Positions 1-12,000 of a stretch of DNA of 64,000 nucleotides are shown here, piece by piece (position 1 is the stretch's first letter; each line of letters opens with the position of its first letter). The translations under genes and the position numbers were made by a program. The stretch is from Eledone cirrhosa (taxonomy: Eukaryota). The stretch covers positions 806,001-870,000 of the forward strand of contig OZ024742.1 of NCBI GenBank assembly GCA_964016885.1, read 5' to 3'. The notes beneath the pieces were generated by a model. The model saw nothing but the letters and a program-made list of their open reading frames with translations. It was not told where the DNA came from and ran no database searches.

Positions 1-3000
1 GAGGTGTGTGGTCTAGTGGTAAAGGTGTTCTGTGGAGGTGTGTGGTCTAGTGGTAAAGGTGTTCTGTAGAGTTGTGTGGTCTAGTGGTAAAGGTGTTCTG
101 TGGAGGTGTGTGGTCTAGTGGTAAAGGTGTTAGTGGAGGTGTGTGGTCTAGTGGTAAAGGTGTTCTTTGGAGGTGTGTGGTCTAGTGGTAAAGGTGTTAG
201 TGGAGGTGTGTGGTCTAGTGGTAAAGGTGTTAGTGGAGGTGTGTGGTCTAGTGGTAAAGGTGTTAGTGGAGGTGTGTGGTCTAGTGGTAAAGGTGTTAGT
301 GGAGGTGTGTGGTCTAGTGGTAAAGGTGTTCTGTAGAGGAGTGTGGTCTAGTGGTAAAGGTGTTCTGTGGCGGTGTGTGGTCTAGTGGTAAAGGCGTTCT
401 GTGGAGGTGTGTGGTCTAGTGGTAAAGGTGTTAGTGGAGGTGTGTGGTTTAGTGGTAAAGGTGTTCTGTAGAGGTGTGTGGTCTAGTGGTAAATGTGTTC
501 TGTGGAGGTGTGTGGTCTAGTGGTAAAGGTGTTAGTGGAGGTGTGTGGTCTAGTGGTAAAGGTGTTGTGGAGGTGTGTGGTCTAGTGGTAAAGGTGTTAG
601 TGAAGGTGTGTGGTCTAGTGGTAAAGGCGTTAGTGGAGGTGTGTGGTCTAGTGGTAAAGGTGTTAGTAGAGGTGTGTGGTCTAGTGGTAAAGGTGTTCTG
701 TAGAGGTGTGTGGTCTAGTGGTAAAGGTGTTAGTGGAGGTGTGTGGCCTAGTGGTAAAGGTGTTCTGTGGAGGTGTGTGGTCTGGTGGCAAAGGTGTTCT
801 GTAAAGGTGTGTGGTCTAGTGGTAAAGGCGTTCTGTAAAGGTGTGTGGTCTAGTGGTAAATGTCTTCTGTAGAGGTGTGTGGTCTAGTAGTAAAGGTGTT
901 CTGTAGAGGTGTGTGGTCTAGTGGTAAAGGTCTTCTGTAGATGTGTGTGGCCTAGTGGTAAAGGTGTTAGTGGAGGTGTGTGGTCTAGTGGTAAAGGTGT
1001 TCTGTAGAGGTGTGTGGTCTAGTGGTATAGGTGTTAGTGGAGGTGTGTGGCCTAGTGGTAAAGGTGTTCTGTAGAGGTGTGTGGTCTAGTGGTAAAGGTG
1101 TTAGTGGAGGTGTGTGGCCTAGTGGTAAAGGTGTTCTGTGGAGGTGTGTGGTCTAGTGGTAAAGGTGTTCTGTGGAGGTGTGTGGTCTAGTGGTAAAGGT
1201 GTTCTGTAGAGGTGTGTGGTCTAGTGGTATAAGTGATCTGTGGAGGTGTGTGGTCTAGTGGTATAGGTGTTCTGTGGAGGTGTGTGGTCTAGTGGTAAAG
1301 GTGTTCTGTAGAGGTGTGTGGTAAAGGTGTTCTGTAGAGGTGTGTGGTCTAGTGGTAAAGGTGTTCTGTAGAGGTTTGTGGTTTAGTGGTAAAGGTGTTC
1401 TGTGGAGGTGTGTGGTCTAGTGGTATAGGTGTTCTGTGGAGGTGTGTGGTCTAGTGGTATAGGTGTTCTGTGGAGGTGTGTGGTCTAGTGGTAAAGGTGT
1501 TAGTGGAGGTGTGTGGTCTAGTGGTAAAGGTGTTAGTGGAGGTGTGTGGTCTAGTGGTAAAGGTGTTAGTGGAGGTCTGTGTTCTAGTGGTAAAGGTGTT
1601 CTGTGTAGGTGTGTGGTCTAGTGGTAAAGGTGTTAGTGGATGTGTGTGGTCTAGTGGTAAAGGTGTTCTGTGGAGGTGTGTGGTCTAGTGGTAAAGGTGT
1701 TAGTGGAGGTGTGTGGTCTAGTGGTAAAGGTGTTCTGTGTAGGTGTGTGGTCTAGTGGTAAAGGTGTTCGTGGAAGTGTGTGGTCTAGTGGTAAAGGTGT
1801 TAGTGGAGGTGTGTGGTCTAGTGGTAAAGGTGTTCTGTGGAGGTGTGTGGTCTAGTGGTAAAGGTGTTCTGCAGAGGTGTGTGGTCTAGTGGTAAAGGTG
1901 TTCTGTGGAGGTGTGTGGTCTAGTGGTGAAGGTGTGTGGTCTAGTGGTAAAGGTGTTCTGCAGAGGTGTGTGGTCTAGTGGTAAAGGTGTTCTGTGGAGG
2001 TGTGTGGTCTAGTGGTATAGGTGTTCTGTGGAGGTGTGTGGTCTAGTGGTAAAGGTGTTAGTGGAGGTGTGTGGTCTAGTGGTAAAGGTGTTCTGTAGAG
2101 GTGTGTGGTCTAGAGGTAAAGGTGGTAGTGGAGGTGTGTGGTCTAGTGGTAAAGGTGTTAGTGGAGGTCTGTGGTCTAGTGGTAAAGGTGTTCTGTGTAG
2201 GTGTGGTCTAGTGGTAAAGGTGTTAGTGGATGTGTGTGGTCTAGTGGTAAAGGTGTTCTGTGTAGGTGTGTGGTCTAGTGGTAAAGGTGTTCTGTGTAGG
2301 TGTGTGGTCTAGTGGTAAAGGTGTTAGTGGAGGTGTGTGGTCTAGTGGTAAAGGTGTTCTGTGTAGGTGTGTGGTCTAGTGGTAAAGGTGTTCGTGGAAG
2401 TGTGTGGTCTAGTGGTAAAGGTGTTAGTGGAGGTGTGTGGTCTAGTGGTAAAGGTGTTCTGTGGAGGTGTGTGGTCTAGTGGTAAAGGTGTTAGTGGAGG
2501 TGTGTGGTCTAGTGGTAAAGGTGTTCTGTGTAGGTGTGTGGTCTAGTGGTAAAGTTGTTAGTGGAGGTGTGTGGTCTAGTGGTAAAGGTGTTCTTTGGAG
2601 GTGTGTGGTCTAGTGGTAAAGGTGTTAGTGGAGGTGTGTAGTCTAGTGGTAAAGTTGTTAGTGGAGGTGTGTGGTCTAGTGGTAAAGGTGTTCTTTGGAG
2701 GTGTGTGGTCTAGTGGTAAAGGTGTTAGTGGAGGTATGTGGTCTAGTGGTAAAGGTGTTCTGTAGAGGTGTGTGGTCTAGTGGTAAAGGTGTTCTGTGGA
2801 GGTGTGTGGTCTAGTGGTAAAGGTGTTAGTGGAGGTGTGTGGCCTAGTGGTAAAGGTGTTCTGTGGAGGTGTGGTCTAGTGGTAAAGGTGTTCTGTGGAG
2901 GTGTGTGGTCTAGTGGTAAAGGTGTTAGTGGAGGTGTGTGGTCTAGTGGTAAAGTTGTTCTGTAGAGGTGTGTGGTCTAGTGATAAAGGTGTTCTGTGGA

Positions 3001-6000
3001 GGTGTGGTCTAGTGGTAAAGGTGTTAGTGGAGGTGTGTGGCCAAGTGGTAAATGTCTTCTGTGGAGGTGTGTTGTCTCGTGGTAAAGGTGTTCTGTAGAG
3101 GTGTGTGGTCTAGTGGTAAAGGTATTCTGTAGAGGTGTGTGGTCTAGTGGTAAAGGTGTTCTGTGGAGGTGTGTGGTCTAGTAGTAAAGGTGTTCTGTGG
3201 AGGTGTGTGGTCTAGTGGTAAAGGTGTTAGTGGAGGTGTGTGGTCTAGTGGTAAAGGTGTTCTGTGGAGGTGTGTGGTCTCGTGGTAAAGGTGTTCTGTA
3301 GAGGTGTGTGGTCTAGTGGTAAAGGTATTCTGTGGAGGTGTGTGGTCTAGTGGTAAAGGTGTTAGAGGAGGTGTGTGGTCTAGTGGTAAAGGTGTTAGTG
3401 GAGGTGTGTAGTCTAGTGGTAAAGGTGTTAGTGGAGGTGTGTGGTCTAGTGGTAAAGGTGTTAGTGGAGGTGTGTGGTCTAGTGGTAAAGGTGTTCTGTA
3501 GAGGTGTGTGGTCTAGTGGTAAAGGTGTTCTGTGGAGGTGTGTGGTCTAGTGGTAAAGGTGTTAGTGGAGGTGTGTGGTCTAGTGGTAAAGGTGTTAGTG
3601 GAGGTGTGTGGTCTAGTGGTAAGGGTGTTCTGTGGAGGTGTGTGGTCTATTGGTAAAGGTGTTAGTGGAGGTGTGTGGGCTAGTGGTAAAGGTGTTAGTG
3701 GAGGTGTGTGGTCTAGTGGTAAAGGTGTTCTGTAGAGGTGTGTGGTCTAGTGGTAAAGGTGTTAGTGGAGGTGTGTGGTCTAGTGGTAAAGGTGTTAGTG
3801 GAGGTGTGTGGTCTAGTGGTAAAGCTGTTCTGTAGAGGTGTGTGGTCTTGTGGTAAAGGTGTTCTGTAGAGGTGTGTGGTCTAGTGGTAAAGGTGTTAGT
3901 GGAGGTGTGTGGTCTAGTGGTAAAGCTGTTCTGTAGAGGTGTGTGGTCTTGTGGTAAAGGTGTTCTGTAGAGGTGTGTGGTCTAGTGGTAAAGGTATTAG
4001 TGGAGGTGTGTGGTCTAGTGGTAAAGGTGTTCTGTGGAGGTGTGGTCTAGTGGTAAAGGTGTTAGTGGAGGTGTGTGGTCTAGTGGTAAAGGTGTTCTGT
4101 GGAGGTGTGTGGTCTAGTGGTAAAGGTGTTCTGTAGAGTTGTGTGGTCTAGTGGTAAAGGTGTTCTGTGGAGGTGTGTGGTCTAGTGGTAAAGGTGTTAG
4201 TGGAGGTGTGTGGTCTAGTGGTAAAGGTGTTCTTTGGAGGTGTGTGGTCTAGTGGTAAAGGTGTTAGTGGAGGTGTGTGGTCTAGTGGTAAAGGTGTTAG
4301 TGGAGGTGTGTGGTCTAGTGGTAAAGGTGTTAGTGGAGGTGTGTGGTCTAGTGGTAAAGGTGTTAGTGGAGGTGTGTGGTCTAGTGGTAAAGGTGTTCTG
4401 TAGAGGAGTGTGGTCTAGTGGTAAAGGTGTTCTGTGGCGGTGTGTGGTCTAGTGGTAAAGGCGTTCTGTGGAGGTGTGTGGTCTAGTGGTAAAGGTGTTA
4501 GTGGAGGTGTGTGGTTTAGTGGTAAAGGTGTTCTGTAGAGGTGTGTGGTCTAGTGGTAAATGTGTTCTGTGGAGGTGTGTGGTCTAGTGGTAAAGGTGTT
4601 AGTGGAGGTGTGTGGTCTAGTGGTAAAGGTGTTCTGTGGAGGTGTGTGGTCTAGTGGTAAAGGTGTTAGTGAAGGTGTGTGGTCTAGTGGTAAAGGCGTT
4701 AGTGGAGGTGTGTGGTCTAGTGGTAAAGGTGTTAGTAGAGGTGTGTGGTCTAGTGGTAAAGGTGTTCTGTAGAGGTGTGTGGTCTAGTGGTAAAGGTGTT
4801 AGTGGAGGTGTGTGGCCTAGTGGTAAAGGTGTTCTGTGGAGGTGTGTGGTCTGGTGGCAAAGGTGTTCTGTAAAGGTGTGTGGTCTAGTGGTAAAGGCGT
4901 TCTGTAAAGGTGTGTGGTCTAGTGGTAAATGTCTTCTGTAGAGGTGTGTGGTCTAGTAGTAAAGGTGTTCTGTAGAGGTGTGTGGTCTAGTGGTAAAGGT
5001 CTTCTGTAGATGTGTGTGGCCTAGTGGTAAAGGTGTTAGTGGAGGTGTGTGGTCTAGTGGTAAAGGTGTTCTGTAGAGGTGTGTGGTCTAGTGGTATAGG
5101 TGTTAGTGGAGGTGTGTGGTCTAGTGGTAAAGGTGTTCTGTAGAGGTGTGTGGTCTAGTGGTAAAGGTGTTAGTGGAGGTGTGTGGCCTAGTGGTAAAGG
5201 TGTTCTGTGGAGGTGTGTGGTCTAGTGGTAAAGGTGTTCTGTGGAGGTGTGTGGTCTAGTGGTAAAGGTGTTCTGTAGAGGTGTGTGGTCTAGTGGTATA
5301 AGTGATCTGTGGAGGTGTGTGGTCTAGTGGTATAGGTGTTCTGTGGAGGTGTGTGGTCTAGTGGTAAAGGTGTTCTGTAGAGGTGTGTGGTAAAGGTGTT
5401 CTGTAGAGGTGTGTGGTCTAGTGGTAAAGGTGTTCTGTAGAGGTTTGTGGTTTAGTGGTAAAGGTGTTCTGTGGAGGTGTGTGGTCTAGTGGTATAGGTG
5501 TTCTGTGGAGGTGTGTGGTCTAGTGGTATAGGTGTTCTGTGGAGGTGTGTGGTCTAGTGGTAAAGGTGTTAGTGGAGGTGTGTGGTCTAGTGGTAAAGGT
5601 GTTAGTGGAGGTGTGTGGTCTAGTGGTAAAGGTGTTAGTGGAGGTCTGTGTTCTAGTGGTAAAGGTGTTCTGTGTAGGTGTGTGGTCTAGTGGTAAAGGT
5701 GTTAGTGGATGTGTGTGGTCTAGTGGTAAAGGTGTTCTGTGGAGGTGTGTGGTCTAGTGGTAAAGGTGTTAGTGGAGGTGTGTGGTCTAGTGGTAAAGGT
5801 GTTCTGTGTAGGTGTGTGGTCTAGTGGTAAAGGTGTTCGTGGAAGTGTGTGGTCTAGTGGTAAAGGTGTTAGTGGAGGTGTGTGGTCTAGTGGTAAAGGT
5901 GTTCTGTGGAGGTGTGTGGTCTAGTGGTAAAGGTGTTAGTGGAGGTGTGTGGTCTAGTGGTAAAGGTGTTAGTGGAGGTGTGTGGTCTAGTGGTAAAGGT

Positions 6001-9000
6001 GTTAGTGGAGGTGTGTGGTCTAGTGGTAAAGGTGTTCTGTGTAGGTGGTGGTCTAGTGGTAAAGGTGTTAGTGGAGGTGTGTGGTCTAGTGGTAAAGGTG
6101 TTCTGTGTAGGTGTGTGGTCTAGTGGTAAAGGTGTTAGTGGAGGTGTGTGGTCTAGTGGTAAAGGTGTTAGTGGAGGTGTGTGGTCTAGTGGTAAAGGTG
6201 TTAGTGGAGGTGTGTGGTCTAGTGGTAAAGGTGTTAGTGGAGGTGTGTGGTCTAGTGGTAAAGCTGTTCTGTAGAGGTGTGTGGTCTAGTGGTAAAGGTG
6301 TTCTGTGGAGGTGTGGTCTAGTGGTAAAGGTGTTAGTGGAGGTGTGTGGTCTAGTGGTAAAGGTGTTAGTGGAGGTGTGTGGTCTAGTGGTAAAGGTGTT
6401 AGTGGAGGTGTGTGGTCTAGTGGTAAAGCTGTTCTGTAGAGGTGTGTGGTCTAGTGGTAAAGGTGTTCTGTGTGGGTGTGTGGTCTAGTGGTAAAGGTGT
6501 TAATGGAGGTGTGTGGTCTAGTGGTAAAGGTGTTCTGTTGAGGTGTGTGGTCTAGTGGTAAAGGTGTTAGTGGAGGTGTGTGGTCTAGTGGTAAAGGTGT
6601 TCTGTGTAGGTGTGTGGTCTAGTGGTAAAGGTGTTAGTGGAGGTGTGGTCTAGTGGTAAAGGTGTTAGTGGAGGTGTGTGGTCTAGTGGTAAAGGTGTTC
6701 TGTGGAGGTGTGTGGTCTAGTGGTAAAGGTGTTAGTGGAGGTGTGCGGTCTAGTGGTAAAGGTGTTGTGTAGGTGTGTGGTCTAGTGGTAAAGGTGTTAG
6801 TGGAGGTGTGTGGTCTAGTGGTAAAGGTGTTAGTGGAGGTCTGTGGTCTAGTGGTAAAGGTGTTAGTGGAGGTGTGTGGTCTAGTGGTAAAGGTGTTCTG
6901 TGTAGGTGTGTGGTCTAGTGGTAAAGGTGTTAGTGGAGGTGTGTGGTCTAGTGGTAAAGGTGTTCTGTGGCGGTGTGTGGTCTAGTGGTAAAGGTGTTAG
7001 TGGAGGTGTGTGGTCTAGTGGTAAAGGTGTTCTGTGGAGGTGTGTGGTCTAGTGGTAAAGGTGTTCTGTAGAGGTGTTTGGTCTAGTGGTAAAGGTGTTC
7101 TGTGGAGGTGTGTGGTCTAGTGGTAAAGGTGTTAGTGGAGGTGTGTGGTCTAGTGGTAAAGGTGTTCTTTGGAGGTGTGTGGTCTAGTGGTAAAGGTGTT
7201 AGTGAGGTGTGTGGTCTAGTGGTAAAGGTGTTAGTGGAGGTGTGTGGTCTAGTGGTAAAGGTGTTCTTTGGAGGTGTGTGGTCTAGTGGTAAAGGTGTTC
7301 TGTGGAGGTGTGTGGTCTAGTGGTAAAGGTGTTAGTGAAGGTGTGTGGTCTAGTGGTAAAGGTGTTAGTGGAGGTGTGTGGTCTAGTGGTAAAGGTGTTA
7401 GTAGAGGTGTGTGGTCTAGTGGTAAATGTGTTCTGTGGAGGTGTGTGGTCTAGTGGTAAAGGTGTTGTGGAGGTGTGTGGTCTAGTGGTAAAGGTGTTAG
7501 TGGAGGTGTGTGGCCTAGTGGTAAAGGTGTTCTGTGGAGGTGGGGTCTAGTGGTAAAGGTGTTCTGTGGAGGTGTGTGGCCTAGTGGTAAAGGTGTTCTG
7601 TGGAGGTGTGTGGTCTAGTGGTAAAGGTGTTAGTGGAGGTGTGGTCTAGTGGTAAAGGTGTTCTGTAGAGGTGTGTGGTCTAGTGGTAAAGGTGTTAGTG
7701 GAGGTGTGTGGCCTAGTGGTAAAGGTGTTCTGTGGAGGTGTGTGGTCTGGTGGCAAAGGTGTTCTGTAAAGGTGTGTGGTCTAGTGGTAAAGGCGTTCTG
7801 TAAAGGTGTGTGGTCTAGTGGTAAATGTCTTCTGTAGAGGTGTGTGGTCTAGTAGTAAAGGTGTTCTGTGGAGGTGTGTGGTCTAGTGGTAATGGTCTTC
7901 TGTAGATGTGTGTGGTCTAGTGGTAAAGGTGTTAGTGGAGGTGTGTGTGGTCTAGTGGTAAAGGTGTTCTGTAGAGGTGTGTGGTCTAGTGGTATAGGTG
8001 TTAGTGGAGTAGTGTGGTCTAGTGCTAAAGGTGTTCTGTAGAGGTGTGTGGTCTAGTGGTAAAGGTATTCTGTAGAGGTGTGTGGTCTAGTGGTAAACGT
8101 GTTCTGTGGAGGTGTGTGGTCTAGTAGTAAAGGTGTTCTGTGGAGGTGTGTGGTCTCGTGGTAAAGGTGTTCTGTGGAGGTGCGTGGTCTAGTGGTAAAG
8201 GTATTCTGTGGAGGTGTGTGGTCTAGTGGTAAAGGTGTTAGAGGAGGTGTGTGGTCTAGTGGTAAAGCTGTTCTGTAGAGGTGTGTGGTCTAGTGGTAAA
8301 GGTGTTAGTGGAGGTGTGTGGTCTAGTGGTAAAGGTGTTCTGTGTAGGTGTGTGGTCTAGTGGTAAAGGTGTTAGTGGAGGTGTGTGGTCTAGTGGTAAA
8401 GGTGTAAGTGGAGGTGTGTGGTCTAGTGGTAAAGGTGTTCTGTAGAGGTGTGTGGTCTAGTGGTAAATGTGTTCTGTGGAGGTGTGTGGTCTAGTGGTAA
8501 AGGTGTTCTTTGGAGGTGCGTGGTCTAGTGGTAAAGGTGTTAGTGGAGGTATGTGGTCTAGTGGTAAAGGTGTTCTGTAGAGGTGTGGGGTCTAGTGGTA
8601 AAGGTGTTCTGTGGAGGTGTGTGGTCTAGTGGTAAAGGTGTTAGTGGAGGTGTGTGGTCTAGTGGTAAAGGTGTTCTGTAGAGGTGTGTGGTCTAGTGGT
8701 AAAGGTGTTCTGTGGAGGTGTGTGATCTAGTGGTAAAGGTGTTCTGTGGGGGTGTGTGGTCTAGTGGTAAAGGTGTTCTGTGGAGGTGTGTGGTCTAGTG
8801 GTAAATGTGTTAGTGGAGATGTGTTGTCTAGTCGTAAAGGTGTTAGTGGAGGTGTGTGGTCTAGTGGTAAAGGTGTTCTGTGGAGGTGTGTGGTCTAGTG
8901 GTAAAGGTGTTCTGTGGAGGTGTGTGGTCTAGTGGTAAAGGTGTTAGTGGAGGTGTGTGGTCTAGTGGTAAAGGTGTAAGTGGAGGTGTGTGGTCTAGTG

Positions 9001-12000
9001 GTAAAGGTGTTCTGTAGAGGTGTGTGGTCTAGTGGTAAATGTGTTCTCTGGAGGTGTGTGGTCTAGTGGTAAAGGTGTTCTGTGGAGGTGTGTGGTCTAG
9101 TGGTAAAGGTGTTAGTGGAGGTGTGTGGTCTAGTGGTAAAGGTGTTAGTGGAGATGTGTGGTTTAGTGGTAAAGGTGTTCTGTAGAGGTGTGTGGTCTAG
9201 TGGTAAAGGTGTTCTGTGGCGGTGTGTGGTCTAGTGGTAAAGGTGTTCTGTGGAGGTGTGTGGTCTAGTGGTAAAGGTGTTAGTGGAGATGTGTGGTCTA
9301 GTGGTAAAGGTGTTAGTGAAGATGTGTGGTTTAGTGGTAAAGGTGTTCTGTAGAGGTGTGTGGTCTAGTGGTAAAGGTGTTCTGTGGAGGTGTGTGGTCT
9401 AGTGGTAAAGGTGTTAGTGGAGGTGTGTGGTCTAGTGGTAAAGGGGTTCTGTGGAGGTGTGTGGTCTAGTAGTAAAGGTGTTCTGTGGAGGTGTGTGGTC
9501 TAGTGGTAAAGGTGTTAGTGGAGGTGTGTGATCTAGTGGTAAAGGTGTTAGTGGAGGTGTGTGGTCTAGTGTTAAAGGTGTTCTGTAGAGGTGTGTGGTC
9601 TAGTGGTAACGGTGTTCTGTGAAGGTGTGTGGTCTAGTGGTATAGGTGTTCTGTGGAGGTGTGTGGTCTAGTGGTATAGGTGTTCTGTGGAGGTGTGTGG
9701 TCTAGTGGTAAAGGTGTTAGTGGAGGTGTGTGGTCTAGTGGTAAAGGTGTTCTGTAGAGGTGTGTGGTCTAGTGGTAAAGGTGTTAGTGGAGGTGTGTGG
9801 TCTAGTGGTAAAGGTGTTAGTGGAGGTGTGTGGTCTAGTGGTAAAGGTGTTCTGGAGAGGTGTGTGGTCTAGTGGTAAAGGTGTTCTGTGGAGGTGTGTG
9901 GTCTAGTGGTAAAGGTGTTGTGTGGAGGTGTGTGGTCTAGTGGTAAAGGTGTTAGTGGAGATGTGTGGTCTAGTGGTAAAGGTGTTCTGTGGATGTGTGT
10001 GGTCTAGTGGTATAGGTGTTAGTGGAGGTGTGTGGTCTAGTGGTAAAGGTGTTCTGTAGAGGTGTGTGGTCTAGTGGTAAAGGTGTGTGGTCTAGAGGTA
10101 AAGGTGTTAGTGGAGGTGTGTGGACTAGTGGTAAAGGTGTTCTGTGGAGGTGTGTGGTCTAGTGGTAAAGGTGTTCTGTGGAGGTGTGTGGTCTAGTGGT
10201 ATCGGTGTTCTGTGGAGGTGTGTGGTCTAGTGGTATCGGTGTTCTGTGGAGGTGTGTGGTCTAGTGGTAAAGGTGTTCTGTAGAGGTGTGTGGTCTAGTG
10301 GTAAAGGTGTGAGTGGAGGTGTGTGGTCTAGTGGTAAAGGTGTTCTGTAGAGGTTTGTGGTTTAGTGGTAAAGGTGTTCTGTGGAGGTGTGTGGTCTAGT
10401 GGTAAAGGTGTTAGTGGAGGTGTGTGGTCTAGTGGTAAAGGTGTTAGTGGAGGTGTGTGGTCTAGTGGTAAAGGTGTTCTGCAGAGGTGTGTGGTCTAGT
10501 GGTAAAGGTGTTCTGTGGAGGTGTGTGGTCTAGTGGTGAAGGTGTGTGGTCTAGTGGTAAAGGTGTTCTGCAGAGGTGTGTGGTCTAGTGGTAAAGGTGT
10601 TCTGTGGAGGTGTGTGGTCTAGTGGTATAGGTGTTCTGTGGAGGTGTGTGGTCTAGTGGTAAAGGTGTTAGTGGAGGTGTGTGGTCTAGTGGTAAAGGTG
10701 TTCTGTAGAGGTGTGTGGTCTAGAGGTAAAGGTGGTAGTGGAGGTGTGTGGTCTAGTGGTAAAGGTGTTAGTGGAGGTCTGTGGTCTAGTGGTAAAGGTG
10801 TTCTGTGTAGGTGTGGTCTAGTGGTAAAGGTGTTAGTGGATGTGTGTGGTCTAGTGGTAAAGGTGTTCTGTGTAGGTGTGTGGTCTAGTGGTAAAGGTGT
10901 TCTGTGTAGGTGTGTGGTCTAGTGGTAAAGGTGTTAGTGGAGGTGTGTGGTCTAGTGGTAAAGGTGTTCTGTGTAGGTGTGTGGTCTAGTGGTAAAGGTG
11001 TTCGTGGAAGTGTGTGGTCTAGTGGTAAAGGTGTTAGTGGAGGTGTGTGGTCTAGTGGTAAAGGTGTTCTGTGGAGGTGTGTGGTCTAGTGGTAAAGGTG
11101 TTAGTGGAGGTGTGTGGTCTAGTGGTAAAGGTGTTCTGTGTAGGTGTGTGGTCTAGTGGTAAAGTTGTTAGTGGAGGTGTGTGGTCTAGTGGTAAAGGTG
11201 TTCTTTGGAGGTGTGTGGTCTAGTGGTAAAGGTGTTAGTGGAGGTGTGTAGTCTAGTGGTAAAGTTGTTAGTGGAGGTGTGTGGTCTAGTGGTAAAGGTG
11301 TTCTTTGGAGGTGTGTGGTCTAGTGGTAAAGGTGTTAGTGGAGGTATGTGGTCTAGTGGTAAAGGTGTTCTGTAGAGGTGTGTGGTCTAGTGGTAAAGGT
11401 GTTCTGTGGAGGTGTGTGGTCTAGTGGTAAAGGTGTTAGTGGAGGTGTGTGGCCTAGTGGTAAAGGTGTTCTGTGGAGGTGTGGTCTAGTGGTAAAGGTG
11501 TTCTGTGGAGGTGTGTGGTCTAGTGGTAAAGGTGTTAGTGGAGGTGTGTGGTCTAGTGGTAAAGTTGTTCTGTAGAGGTGTGTGGTCTAGTGATAAAGGT
11601 GTTCTGTGGAGGTGTGGTCTAGTGGTAAAGGTGTTAGTGGAGGTGTGTGGCCAAGTGGTAAATGTCTTCTGTGGAGGTGTGTTGTCTCGTGGTAAAGGTG
11701 TTCTGTAGAGGTGTGTGGTCTAGTGGTAAAGGTATTCTGTAGAGGTGTGTGGTCTAGTGGTAAAGGTGTTCTGTGGAGGTGTGTGGTCTAGTAGTAAAGG
11801 TGTTCTGTGGAGGTGTGTGGTCTAGTGGTAAAGGTGTTAGTGGAGGTGTGTGGTCTAGTGGTAAAGGTGTTCTGTGGAGGTGTGTGGTCTCGTGGTAAAG
11901 GTGTTCTGTAGAGGTGTGTGGTCTAGTGGTAAAGGTATTCTGTGGAGGTGTGTGGTCTAGTGGTAAAGGTGTTAGAGGAGGTGTGTGGTCTAGTGGTAAA